NCBI RefSeq assembly: GCF_009914755.1
Contig: NC_060929.1
Origin: the human T2T-CHM13v2.0 reference genome, Homo sapiens
DNA length: 64,000 nucleotides
Strand: one strand, 5' to 3'
In this document: piece after piece, positions 29,695 to 43,550 of the stretch
Numbering within the stretch: position 1 is the first letter of the stretch
How the letters are laid out: each line of letters begins with the position of its first letter
The notes under the pieces: generated by a model
The model's input: only the letters and a program-made list of their open reading frames with translations
Told to the model about the DNA's origin: nothing
The model's database searches: none
Translations under genes and position numbers: made by a program

Positions 29695-29850
29695 ATAGTT
29701 CTGAAACCATAGGGCATGCATCAGATCACTTGGAGAGCTTATTAAAATACAGATTGCTAGGCTCCACCCTCAGCATTCCTGATTCAGTGAGGACAATTTG
29801 AATTTCCAACAAATTCTCAGGAGATCCAGATGTTTCTAGTCCAAGGATCC
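29695..29850. mobile_element. MER5A fragment
   Basis: gcatcagatcacttggagagcttattaaaatacagattgctaggctccaccctcag...gattcagt. Confidence 0.7.
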
Positions 29851-31129
29851 AGAGGTTCTAGACAGAAGGAAGGGAGGTGGTGCAATGGGCCTCTTGGTCT
29901 TGTTACATGACTTCTTATCTTATAGTTGTATTTGGGGATTCTAGACTAGATTTTATTAAATAAAAAGATTATTTTTAAAAAAGCTTGAATACTGCTGTTT
30001 TGTTGCCTTTGCTTTTGTTTCATAGAAATCAATTGAAGGTGAAAATAAATAAAAATGCTAATACTAGTGATATGGGGAGATATCATCAGTTTAAAACAAA
30101 TGAAATACTGAATTTATTTAGTATATGAAAAGAGAGCCTTATTTTCTTCCCTTGGGACACTCTTTATGATGAAAAAACGTAAAGGAAATACAATGTATGC
30201 TGGAAATAAATTACTAAAGACTGTGTCTAAATGAGGAGGTGCATTTGGGAATTTTATTGTTTTTAGGTTTGCGGGTGAACAGAATCCCACTGCAATAGTG
30301 CATAAGACTCTTTCCAGCTATCTCCAGAAGAAGGAGATAACTAGCAAGGTTTTCACTGTTAGAGTTTGTTCAGAGCGGAACCTAAAGGAAATACTGGGAA
30401 GGTCACAGCAGTTTCATCTCAGCTTATTGGATTGGATCAAAGTAATTCTACTGCAAGGCAAGGTATATCATTCCATTTACAGACAGAGAATGCATGAAGT
30501 CCTTCATTTCACACAGTAGGTGTGAAGAAGGTACCTTGGTAAATTTCCTATTTGCTTTCAGATAAAGTGTATTCTTAAACATGATGTGGGTAGCTGCCTG
30601 TTTTTGTGTCGCCTCTGCAAGAGACATCTTGGAATAATAGAAACACCAGTGTCTGAATAGCCTAAAGTGGAGCTTACTTTTCTGTTAGGTGAGTCACCTT
30701 TAAAAATGATATTTTTTAAGGATAAGCGATGAATTTTAGGACGTTCTTCCCTCTACTTCCAACGTCCACAAGAATAAACCACCAAATTCAACGTTTTACA
30801 GAGGCCAAGTGCTTAGGTTTTGTGTGTTTGTTTTTAAGAGTTTTCTTGCAAGGAAACTGGGAGGGAACTATAAAAGGGCTTTAGGCAAACAGGGTGGGCG
30901 GGTGCAGGGCTTTAAGCTGCAGAAAGGAGAATCTGGAAAGAGCTTTTAGGAAGCAGATTCTCACATGTTTTAATATGAAAGAGTGGCACACGTGGTGCTG
31001 GCATTCCATCTTACCATCAGTGGAAGGTTTGAACCAACATCAAATTTTTCTGGAGCAACTTAGGTAATTATTACTTGAAGAATATGCATTTCAAAACTAA
31101 CACCTTTAAGAGACAATGTAATTCACCTG

Positions 31130-33000
31130 CGCTTCCCCGCCCCCCCCCGCCCGCGCCAACCCCACCCCCCGCCAACCCCGCCCCCGACTCCGCGAACGCC
31201 GAGGGGCCCGTGGTCTGCCTGAGTGACCTCCATTTGCTCTGTCATCTCAGGACTAGAAGCCATCAGCCAGCGTACGCCCTCAGAAAACTCTCTTCCCTTC
31301 TCGCGGGTCCGCCTGGCTCCCGGAGGCGGCGGTGCCAGGCTGCCGGAGTTAGCCAGCGGCAGGCTGCGGGCGCCCGTCCCTCCGGTTCACCCTTTCACCC
31401 CTCCTTCACCCCCGGAGCGCCAGGCGGGTGCCGCGGGTTTTCCGCCCACTCGGAAGGCAGTGCTGGCGAGACCAGGAATTGCAGGGCCTCTCCGCTTTGG
31501 CGAGCTCTGGAATCCGAGTCCTCCCCACCCCAGCCACTCTGCTGGGGCGCTAGGGGCTCGAAAAAGCCTGGGGTTGGCTGAAAGACACTCGGATTAGAGA
31601 CGCAGCCAGCCTCCAGGGAGGTCTGAACTTGTCTTCGACCTCCCCGAACCCCTCCGCCTCTGCGCTGGGAGACGCCCAGCAGCCGGGCGGGCCCGGGACG
31701 TGTAGAGCCAGAGCACTCCGCAGCGGAGGCAGCGCGCGGCACGGCCGCCCGGGGCATCCCCGCGGCTGGGGGGCGGAAGGCGAGGGCGGTGGCAGGAAGG
31801 GTCCGCCAGGCCTGAGCTCGCTCCCCCACTGCCAGCCGCCGGCTCGGAGGCCCGAGCCGTGCGGACGGAAAGGGGCGGAGCCGCGGGCTCTGGTTGGTGT
31901 GGGCTCGGGGGCGGGGCGCGCGGGGCCGGGCCGGAGGCGGGGCTAGCGCCGGGCGCTGGAGCTGCGGGCGCACGGAGAGGAGTCGCCAGCAGCTGGAGCG
32001 GAGTTGGAGGAAGCAGCGGCAGCGGCGAGGGCGGCAGGCTAGCTGTCGGAGACGGCAAGCACGGATCGGGCACGGCCGGCGGGTCGCAGCCGGGCTGGAG
32101 GCCGGTCGGAACCGAGCGGGCAGGAGGCCACCGCTGCAGCGCGGGCCCCGCAGAGGAAGGAAGCCGGCGGGCGGGGTAGGTAGGCAGCAGCAGCCCCGGG
32201 TGTGTGTGCTCGGGCGGGGGAGGCGGTGCATGTGTGCACGGCTGCCGCGACTCTCTTCCTGTCACTGGCAGCGGCTTCTCCTTCTGCAGAGCCCCGCCGG
32301 GGGGAAGCGGGCTGGCCACCGGCCCTCCCCGCCTCCGGCATCTCCTGGCCGCCGGGCAGCACTACCCCCGCGCGCGGCCGGCGTCCTGTGAGATCCCCGC
32401 CATCCTGACTCCCGTTTCCCCCGTCCTCCTGCGAGCTGGTCCTGCACGCCGCCGGTCGCATTTGCCCCCGGAGTTGCCGACGAGCTCGGGCTTCCTCCCA
32501 CCCTCCGTCACCGCACACTTCGGAGGGTCCCCGCTGTCGCCTTGCTGCAGTTTTCCGGGGCCCCTCACCGGAGGAGAGCGCCCTGGCCGCTGCCTTCGTG
32601 TTGCGGGAAGGAGCGCTCCCTTCCCCCGTGGCCCTCCAGCTGCAGCCAGGGTCGCTGCCCGGGCCCTTCCCGGGGCGGGCGAGGCGGCGGTGGTCCCCGG
32701 AGCTCGTCCCCTAACCCCCGCCTTCCGAAGTTTGCCGCCCTCCTCTTCCGGGGTGGGGGAAGTGCGCCTCGGGGCGGTTGGTCGCTGGGGCCCTAACTCA
32801 GCGTTTATTGCCAGCCAAGCTTGGGCAGGTTGTTGGAGGCATATTTAGTGGGGTCTTGGAACCGCCCGGAAATCCAGCTTTTGGAACGTGGGGCGAGGCG
32901 GGAGGGACCTGCCCAGCAATATGGAGCCGGCTGGGGAGAGCCAGGGAGCCTGCAACCCGGAGCTAAAATATCGTGGGCAATTCTCTGGAAACCACAGCTC
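31130..33000. promoter_or_regulatory. PIK3R1: CpG-island, TATA-less promoter of PIK3R1 with Sp/KLF GC boxes
   Basis: Very high GC and CpG density against AT-rich flanks; GC boxes GGGGCGGAG (~31872), GGGGCGGGG (~31908), GAGGCGGGG (~31935) just upstream of exon 1. Confidence 0.92.
31981..32175 (+). other. PIK3R1: PIK3R1 non-coding exon 1 (TSS approximate)
   Basis: ATG-free GC-rich leader just downstream of a GC-box cluster, ending at donor GGG|GTAGGT (32176), with alternative TAG|GTAGGC at 32180. Confidence 0.7.
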
Positions 33001-33855
33001 TAACCTAAGCTCAGAAACTGCCCCTCAGATCACAAGACAAAGAGAACAGAAAACCTCTGGCCAGGCACTCCTGTACAGAAATACACTTTGATAACCAGAA
33101 TTGGAGCCTGAAATGCAAGGATATATGCAGAATGGCTGTTACGTGTTGAATGCAGAATGTGTGTCAACTGGGTTTGGGGGAATTCTTCTGTTTCCCGGGG
33201 CGCTATTAATATCGGAAAGGTCTCACTTCCACCGTTAATCCCTTGAGCTGCAGCGCTGTTGGTGTCCGAGTGTGAGTCTGCTCTTTATTTGGGGGCTTCA
33301 TGATTTTAGGTTTTTTTTCTTTTTTCTCTTCTTTTCCTCTTTGTCAGCCAGTGCGAAGTACCAATGGATAAAGCAGTTCCGGGTTTTGAATGCAACATAA
33401 GATTGTCATTTTGGTGTGATGAGGCTCAAGTTTTAGTAATCAGGAGGGATATTCACAGAGCTTATTGGTCAAGGCTTGATGTGGAGTTATATTTTAATGC
33501 TTCATTAGTTCTGTTACGTTTTGGCAACCTTAAAGATGGTTAGATATTAGCTAGGAAGGGTTGGAGTGGGCAGACAGGTTCATTTCTTAAGCAGGTTATT
33601 AGAATATTAGATTGTCACAGTTTGAATTACTAGGAATTTGGTGACTTCTGCACAGAAGGCCACAAGTATCTTTTAACATTGAAAAAGGAAGAAAAAGCAA
33701 CTCACTAGCTATACAACTTTTTGACAGATTACACTGTTCTTGAAAAACCGTTTAGAAGAAAGCAGATAAGAGTTTTCTTAGGTGCAAAAGTTGATTAAAC
33801 TTTAGGAAGCAAGTGTTTTTGACCAGTATAAAGAAAATAAGAGTAATGTGTGGGG

Positions 33856-33890
<35 letters not shown>

Positions 33891-33891
33891 C
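33856..33891. repeat. (GT)n(GC)n alternating purine-pyrimidine repeat
   Basis: gtgtg...gtgcgcgcgcgtgc. Confidence 0.95.
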
Positions 33892-36084
33892 CTGCGGCTA
33901 AAGTTTGGGAAGAAATGTTGGTTCAGAGTTAAGGTTTAAGTTGGAAAGGCCAGTGGAGGAGGCTCCCTGCCTTGCAGAACTGCTGGGTATTGTCACTGCT
34001 TGCCTCTTCAGCTTTTATATGCAGGTAGGTACTAGATAATCATATTACTTTTTCCAGAGAAGTGGATAGATTTTTATGATTGGGAGAAAGTTTAATGTAT
34101 CTGATACTGGCTTGCAAAGTGTAATGTGCATTTACTTTTAACTTTCATCTTGACTTGGGACCTGTTCTTAGTTGCATAACAGAACTCTGCAGTGTACACA
34201 CTGCTATTTGATGTTTTATCTGCTTTTTAAAAATAATGATATCAGTGAGTCTCTTCCTATCCATGATGCTGTATAGTCAGTGTAAAAAGCATTTTGTTTC
34301 CCATTTATTGAATGTTTTTTCTTTAGCGATTTCTTGAGTTTAAATATACTAAGCGCAGGAAATCCTCACAGAATAAAGTTGGTTCTGGGAAACAGAAGTG
34401 GAACAATAAGTTATAGGAATACATATTTTGATTATAGACAGTGATGATGGTGGTATGCGTTTATCTTTTGGTAATGTCAGTTTCACCTAACGTGATTTTT
34501 GAAGGACTTTGAATTGTAAATGCAAACCTACTCAAACTAACCCAAATTTTGTACTGTTAAAAGTTTTGGCCATTTCTTTACATTTTTCCATGACTGTCAT
34601 ATAATTTTTAGGTTGATATGTTGATTGAACATATCAACCTAAATTGATATGTTCAATCAACATATTGGTCGTTCAGGGGAGTATTGTAAAAAGGCATCTA
34701 CTCTGAAAGATTGTTCACATGATCATTAAAATAGGAACAATTCTAGTTCAGCTTTTATTGTGTTTGCATTTTGTGATTTGCAAAATACATGTTTTATTGA
34801 ATAAAGAGATGGTGAATGAGCAGGCTGAAAAAAAATTGATTTTTATGCTCAAGTAGAATATAGCCAGTTGAGATAATGTTTGTGTTGGGTTTTGGAATTC
34901 TCTCACGTCAAGGCATACACAATGCAAAAGATATTGTATGTTTCATATGAGCTCCTCCAGCTCTCCCTCTTGCAGGGCACAGGGTTTGCAAGTGAAGGCA
35001 AGAGAATGAAGCATTTTAATGAAGCCCTGGAAGACTAGAAAGTTAGTTATCAATGGAAGGAATTATCAAGTTAGTTTTTACTTTAGAAAGCAGAATATAA
35101 ATTATATCACAGCTTTTTATCAAAACCTAGGTTTTAATTAATTTTCAAAGTATTCATATCATTTACTGCATTTTCCCATGCCTCCTTTACGTACACCCTA
35201 ATGCCCTAATGTGATTACTTGCCATGATTCTGCCAATACTTGTATGGAGTTACTTGCTTAAAAGAGTGGCAATTAACGACCATTTCATGTACATTAAGCC
35301 ACATGAGCTGAAAAAATAGACTATATAGTTACTTATAAACTTGTCTGTATGGCCTTTATTTATCCCCTAGGTGTTAGGTGTTTATTTATTTGAAAGGCTA
35401 GAGTGATTGTAGTATAGTGTTATTGGAAAAAATGTCTACTGTAGAAACATCTTTGGAGATTTTATTCTGCTAGCATTGTTTTCCTTAAAGTAAATCAAAT
35501 ACATATCCACAGGCACCTGTAGTCAAAATAGTTGTCAGGTTAATGATCATCCAAGAGAGTATTGAAGTCACAGGAGTCTGGCCACAGTGTGAGGAGGCTC
35601 CACCAGTGAGTGTAGTGAGTTAATAAAGCCAAGGCATCTGGACCAGCCATTCCTTGCCTGTTGTCTTCCTCCCCGGATGTCCCAGTGTCCCAGCCTGGGG
35701 TTCTGCCCCAGGATCAAGGGCTGTACCATGAGGACACAGCTACTCATCTCTAAATCCTGGGGATGCACACACACATGTACACATCCCTTGGCCTCTCCCA
35801 GGCCTCCTTTGTCCTGACCTCTGTAGAGCCGTCCTCTACCTCAGGTAAGGAGAGAACTACATGGGCAAAGTCCACACTCAGCCTTTATCTATTTACTCCA
35901 AAAGGGGTTTAAGACAGCGGGAGTTTTATTTTAGCTAGATTCAGGATTCACTTAGAACTGTTTGCAGAGTTAAGAGGCAATGCAGAAGAAAATCCCTCAT
36001 AAATGTTTGTTCCTCTGTTAAATCTGAATTGTATAAATGGCAGTAGGTGACATTCAATACTAATAGAAATAATAGTAATATAAT

Positions 36085-36490
36085 AGTTGCAATTTACTAG
36101 CTATGTAACTTTAGGCAAAATATTTAACTTTTATCTGCTTGTTTTCTCATCTGTAAAATAGAGATAATTGTTGTACTTAGAGTGATTGTAATGGTTAAAT
36201 GAGTTGATATATGTACAACTCTGAGAACTATGTGCCTGGCACATAGTAAGTACTATGTTGGCATTAATTATCCTAAGCTCCTATTATCAAGTATGGAGCG
36301 AAGTGCTTTATGTATGTCATTTTGTTAATCCTCATAATGACTCTGTGGGCTGTAGGTTTGCTTATAGCTGTCTCACAGATGATAAAACTGTGCCACAGAG
36401 AGGTTTAAGTAACTTTCCTGAGGTTACATATTTAGGCACAATCTGACTGGGGCAGCTGCCTGAATCTGAAGCTCAGTGTTCATACTAACC
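36085..36490. mobile_element. Two oppositely oriented MIR remnants
   Basis: tttctcatctgtaaaatagagataat...gtgcctggcacatagtaag, then acagatgataaaactgtgccacagagaggtttaagtaact. Confidence 0.65.
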
Positions 36491-37132
36491 TTGCCAAGAA
36501 GTTTACAGAATAGCATCTTTTTTTCAAAAGAAGAGAGACTTGAAGTCATCCCCTTCAGTCCTCTCATTCCTGCCCCCTCAGGTCCTCTTCATTGTGATGA
36601 TGCAGAGAACCGGAATGGTCAGCCTCATGGCCTTTTCTGGGTGATAGGATCTGTCTGTCCCTCAGGTCCCAGAAGCTACGTCACCCTTTCTCCCAGCCTC
36701 CGCGTAATGGCTACTGCGTGCCTAAGCGTTGCTGTCACCTGGGCCAGGGTCATTCCTCTGTGTTTCCTGCAGTACCTTCCCCTCATGTTGGCTGCTTTCT
36801 GAAGAGCCCTAGCTCCTTGTTGTGTTACCTGGGCTTGTGCTACCTGTTCTCCTCTCCCTCGCCCCACAAACACAACACCAAAAGGGCTTGTAGGCGAGAA
36901 TTACAGCCTATACAGCCTGTTTACCCACACCACACACCCAGCCCTGAGCATGGCAGCATGCAACACATTCTATTTAGTTGGTTGGTTTGGAAATGAATTT
37001 GATGTCTATTATTTGGGGTTAATCTCAGCCCATTATTTTCATTTTATTTTAATTGATATAAAGTCCACATACCATAAAATTCACCCTAAATTCATCATTT
37101 CAAATTGAAGGCAATTTATTATGTTTACTAGG

Positions 37133-37478
37133 TGCTCTGGGTTGAATGTGTCCCCCAGAGTTTACATGTCAGAAATGTAATCCCTAATGCAACTGTGTTG
37201 GGAGGTAGGGCCTAATAGGAGGCTGTGCTCTCTTGAATGGATTAATGTCATTATGGCAAGAGTAGATTAGTTATCTTGGGAATGGGCTTGTTATAAACTC
37301 GAGTTTGGCCCTGTCTTGCTGTCTTGCCCTTGCAAGAGGACATAAGATGAAGGCCTTCACCAGATGCTAGTGCCATGCTCTTGGACTTTCCAGCCTCCAG
37401 AACCAAATATACTTCTGTTGTTTATAAATTACCCAGTCTCAGGAATTCCATTATAACAACACAAAATGGACTAAGACA
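37133..37478 (+). mobile_element. Solo MST-family (MaLR) LTR in PIK3R1 intron 1
   Basis: tgctctgggttgaatgtgtccccc ... aaatggactaagaca; TSD ctagg at 37128-37132 / 37479-37483. Confidence 0.85.
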
Positions 37479-39223
37479 CTAGGATATTTTAATTTTGTTC
37501 GTCTTGATTTTCATGATTTCTGGGACACCATGATTTGGAAGGTAAACCATTTTTAAATAATGATTTTTTTAAAGACTGTATGAATTTAGGTGAGGAGCTT
37601 GACCTAGACTCTGAACTAGCACACTGAAGTTAAAAAGATGGACTGTAGAGAGATATGGGCTGTGGGCCCAGGAACCCTTCCATACCCTCCTGCCTTGGTT
37701 GAAGACCCATTTCGTGCTGCCATCCAATGCCTAACTGCTAATTTCATTGGGAGATAGAATCACATGACTTGGATATATTCTTGATTAATTTAATGTGATT
37801 TAAAAATATCCTGTATTCCTGCCTGTCCATCAAGTTCTCCAAATTCTTGTCATTTCTAAATGGAGAATGGAGTAACTCAACAAAGTCAGAGAGGGCTTTT
37901 TTGTTTGGCTCTTTGCCAAAATGCCTATAGGTTAGAGGGTTACACAGAAAATCTACTTTACAGCAGTTGTACGTTAAGTAGCTGTGGATTGCTATTTGTC
38001 AAACATCAGAAACAATTTTATTTTGGGGAATAGAAAGAGAATTTCTCTGTATGTTAGCAGGGACAGAAAATATGCTTCTGATTAATGGGATTGCAGGCAG
38101 TCATTAGAAGGATTGAAAGACTGGAGAAAAATTCCTTAAAATTTTGAACTGTTGCATATGATATTATATAAGAGTAAGTTAGTTTACTTGTTCGTAGGAT
38201 TCCTTTATACCCTTTGTTACAATAACTTATGCATGCACTAGCTTGGAGCCTATATCACAAAACTGCCTTGGTTATTTGAAAATATTACATTGTAGATAAT
38301 GTTATCTACATATAAAAAGCCTTTGCTATGTGAATAATCATGTCAGAACTGGGTAAAAATAGTTTAGTGGGCAGGTATATGTAGCAAAAGAGAATAGAGG
38401 CATGATAGAGTGAATCTGAGGAAAAATCCTGTTGATTTGGATAGTTTAGGCTCCAGGTCGATCTCGGTAGGGGTGGTGGTTACACAGGTATTACCAAATA
38501 CCTCAGGCTGCTGGGTCTTCTGCAGTACTGTGAAGAATTTGAGGATGAGAGAAAAGAGAACTTCCCAGTCCTCTAGATGTGACAGTCCTTGTGGCAGTGC
38601 CATATCCCCCTAAGGAGGAGCTGGGTTATTGGAAATTGTTCAGTGGAGGGGCCTGGGATAGTGGCAGGAGGCAGAGGTGCTAAGGATACAGGTGGCAGAA
38701 GCGAAGCTCATAGAGCAGAAATAGGCAGGATTCCAGAAGTGGGCAGCCTTCCAGAAGTGGTGTGCCCAGTATTCTTTTATTCACTAGTTTATGGACTTCT
38801 TTCGCAGGGACACATTTTAATGAAGTCTCTTTGGAAGAAAATTTGCATGGCTGAGATGCTGGGTTTTGGAGTTGATGGAACTGCCGAGTTAAAATAGCTT
38901 TTTTGTGTGTGCAGGTAGTGTGAAAGAGCCACATACACTATCAGTAAAGCCGCTGTCTGAGAGAGTTAAAGAGGCAGACAGACAGTTAAGGTTAATTGGA
39001 GTGATCAGCTTGTGCAGGCCACGAACCTGCATCATCCACACCAAAGCAAGTTGAGTTCAGGCAGTAGATGCTGGAGGTGTTAAAAATGGGACTTACAGAG
39101 CTAGACTGCCTGGATCTGAATTCTAGTTCCTCTTCGCAATTGCTAAGTATTATCGTGACAGAGATATTTTCTGTCCTATGTTAAGTGAGACTACTGATAG
39201 TACCTGTTTTTATATAGTTATCT

Positions 39224-39298
39224 ACACACACACACACATACATATATGACTATATATATGACTATATATATATGACTGTATATAACTATATATAGTCA
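39224..39298. repeat. (CA)n followed by a (gactatatat)-type low-complexity repeat
   Basis: Seen directly in sequence. Confidence 0.8.
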
Positions 39299-39348
39299 GC
39301 ATCATCATATCATCTAATACTAATTGGGAGCTATATGTGTACAAACTC

Positions 39349-39349
<1 letters not shown>

Positions 39350-39397
<48 letters not shown>
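39350..39397 (+). repeat. (ATC)16 microsatellite
   Basis: Perfect trinucleotide run in intron 1. Confidence 0.97.
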
Positions 39398-39398
<1 letters not shown>

Positions 39399-41269
39399 CC
39401 CAATACTTAACCGGAGTTTTATGTGGATTAACCCATTCAGTCCTCAAGAATGACAGACGTCAAAATGGACATGGCAGTCAGGAGAAAGTGTACAATGTGC
39501 AAAAGAGTAGGGGTGGCTGCCTTCTCTGTCTAGCTAAGGGCTCTCTACATCTTATCACCATGCTGTCCAGTCCCCACCCCAATGACTTGACTGCTCTCCT
39601 TTTTTTTTTTTTTCCACAACATTGCCCTCAGACCACTTAATTGACACTGACTAATGGCTGGCCTTGAATTAACGTCTGCATCAATGGATGGATGCCCTGT
39701 TTGTATCCATCTTCCTGGCCTTACTTTGGGGTCTCAGAAGACAGAAATGGTGTGTTCTATTTACCATCCTAGAGTCATAGAAGATTTGTGGTTCTTTTTA
39801 TCAGATGAGGACCCAGAGTTCTGCACAGGGTTCTTCTTACCCACAAAGTAAGGTTCTTCTTACAGGTGGCAAGGGAGAGAGAATTTGTAGAGACCTTTAG
39901 TTCTCTGTCACTTCAGACAGGGATTGCCTCTCTGGTGTCTAGCCTCTAAAAGTCATCATGTTCCTTAGGTTTCTATTTCCCTTTGCACAAATTTAGCCTC
40001 AGGCAGACTCAAGCACAGCTTTTAGGTTTGTAAAACCTTGACAAGTCCTGGAGCCTTTTCTTAATACAGAGCCCCCTGGCAAGGAACAGCTTCAGAGGTA
40101 AGCTGTGAGCAGGGGCTTGCTTGATGGTTCCTGGAGGATTGAAGATGGGGAAGAGTTTGTTCATTATACTTCCCATTCTATTAAGAATCCCACCAAACTG
40201 GCCCACTGGGTGGCTGGAATAAAGGAAGTGTTAGGAAGCAGCTGGCATAAAGATCTACCCAGCCTACTGGTTGAGGATTTTTTTTTCCCCCCTAAAAGAC
40301 ATACATTGCCAGGAAAAGCTAACAAAAATTTCAAGGCAGATTTGGAGGAATTAAATTATTCTTAGGCACATTGCCTGGTTTCTAAGCATTTAGGGATATG
40401 TAAATGTTCATGTTCTTTAGAGGTCTCTGTCTCTTTTGTACAGAGTACATTAGTACTAAAAATGAGATTTGCTAGTTCTACATTTTCATGTGAATTTATG
40501 CAGTGAATATTCAATTTGATTCTGGATCTTTCAAAAGGAAAGGCTTTCTTTAAACAAATAATATAGCTTATTTTTCTGATATGCTCTATTGGTTGCTTTG
40601 ATTTTTTTCTCCGACAACTGAAATGCGAAGTAGAGTACTATCCCCAATTAATATTCTTGCTCCACAAAGACTTCCAGTGTTTGTTTTTGCTTCTTTTAAT
40701 ATGTAACTCTCCTAAGTGTGTTATTGTATTACAGCTAAGAGGCTTTACCCATGTAAAGTTGAATACTTTACACTTCTGAATGCCAACATAACAATTAATC
40801 TATGATTAGATTTTGCTTCTTAAGATGCCTCCACTGACGAGTGCCTGTAATATTAAACTTCTAAAGTGTTCCACTCTTTAAAACTTATAAAAGCTCTCTT
40901 TGATATAGCCCACTGAAATTGTGTGGCTATTGTTTTTATTGCTTTATTGTGCAGCCAGCTTAACTGAAACCTTTGGGTGGCTTTTACTCTTTATAATAAA
41001 GATAACATTGAGAAATGCCTGGAGTACAAAGTGTATATGTGTACATGCCGTTCTCAGCCATCTACTCTGACTTAGTAACTCTCTAATTCCCTTGCCTCCA
41101 CTATGTTTAAGAACAAAAAAGAAAAACACTTACATTTCACATTTCCTCCATCAAGCTGTCTTTATAGAGTGGTCTGTAGCAACCATTGCTACTTCCTCTC
41201 TAATATTTTTTAACTCCTTAAGATGTTGTTGCTGTCCTCACTGCTGGACTGGAATCTGCGTGATGATTC

Positions 41270-42445
41270 CATCATGGGCGAAGCCCCAAATTATTTAGCC
41301 TTGACTCAGTCTCTCCTGTCTGGATGCCTTTGCAGGATTTAGTCTTAGGGATCACATTTTCCTACTTGAACTCTTCTTCCTTGTTTTTGGGATGTTGTCT
41401 CTAAACCTTGACTTTCCTTCCTCAGTTACATACATTGAACTTCACTATTTGGCCCTTGGATCATTTTTTTTTTTTTTTAACTTTTGATTTGTCCTTGTGA
41501 GCTCTTCCATTCCATTGAATTCAGCCTTGCCTAATTGTGGCCGATTGCCAAATCCCTAGCATGTTTCCTCTTCTGAATCACAGACCAGGGTTTCATCAGC
41601 CACTAGCACACTTGCACAGGGGTGCCCAGAATCACCGTCAGCCCATCAGGTCACCTGGCTTCTCTTTGCCTGATAGTGCTCCAAACTCTCATTAATGCAG
41701 GATCAGGCACCCTTTGCTCCTCTCGTTCTCGCCGCACATTTAAGCATTTGCCACATCCCACATGTTCTTTCTCTGCAGTGTTTATTTCACTCCTCCCCTT
41801 TCCACACCTGCTGCTGCCACCCTGGTTTGTGTCCTCACTACCTCTTGGCCAGACCTCTGCAACACACCTTTCTCGCACACTGTGGTTAGATTGATATTCC
41901 TGGAGTGCAGCTCTGATCCCGTTGCTCACTTTTCACCAAGCCCTTTCCGTGTTCCACACTGTGGGCTGAATTACTCACAAACTCAGCATGGGCATGCGTG
42001 ATGTCCTACAGCCCCTACCTAAATCTCTAACCCCAATCCCACTGCTCCCTCTTTGGCTCCAGACGGATTGGACTGCCTGTTCTAGCTCTTCTCAGAATAT
42101 GACATTTTCTTGGTCACTTCTGTAACTAGCGTCCGACCACACATGCCATTCTGTCTTCAGATTCCTGCAGTTAGTGTGCTTTCTCCCTCGTTTGAACCCT
42201 GCAGTGTTTAGTTTCTGCCTCTCTTATGACATGTACTAGTGTTGTGGCTCTGTGTACTCTGAGCCACATTATCAGCGATAATGTCACATTATCGCTAAGA
42301 CATTGCCTCATGCCGACACTCCTCCCCTCTGCCCCCGCCCGGTGTTCTTAGAAGGCAGGGACTGCCTTACTAATCTCTGTTGTGTCAAGCAATAGCACAC
42401 TGGCCTGTGTCTGTCTGCCAAATCGATTAAGTACTTGTTGAATGG
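41270..42445 (+). mobile_element. L2 remnants upstream of exon 2
   Basis: Ends in an L2 3' motif gaaggcagggactgcc...acttgttgaatg. Confidence 0.55.
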
Positions 42446-42518
42446 AAGTAGAAATTCCAATTAACACAGATGGCAAAGTGTGCTGTTCATTCTTAAGTCT
42501 CGTTTTTTTCATTCCTAG

Positions 42519-43246
<728 letters not shown>

Positions 43247-43550
43247 TGATAAGTGGTTGCTTAATGACTCCCTTTCTTTTTCTTTTTAAGGAAAAGTCTT
43301 AAGTTTGGGTTGAGTCGTTATGTTCTGGGCAGAAGTTACCTTGGCAACTGCACCTGAATTGATGTGTGGTGCATAAAAGCTTGGTCAATCATTACACAAC
43401 TAGAAATTTGTGTTTGTGGGGTTGGAAGTTGTTATAAAAATAGGGACACAGTATCCGAGAACCTGTTTAGTGAGTGTCGTTGAACACTATTATTATAGTT
43501 GTCATTGAATTAAACATCTACTATATTTCTTATTTTTGTAATTGGCATTA

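Noticed and set aside
31075-33091. Many long overlapping ORFs (up to 278 aa) on both strands
   Set aside because: Pro/Arg/Ala/Gly-rich, present in all frames, no recognisable domain; expected from stop-codon scarcity in a CpG island.
38291-38310. 9-bp inverted repeat tgtagataa/ttatctaca
   Set aside because: Short and AT-rich; compatible with chance in 64 kb.
39335-39640. Poly-Ile ORF resembling a signal or membrane peptide
   Set aside because: Translation of the (ATC)16 microsatellite.
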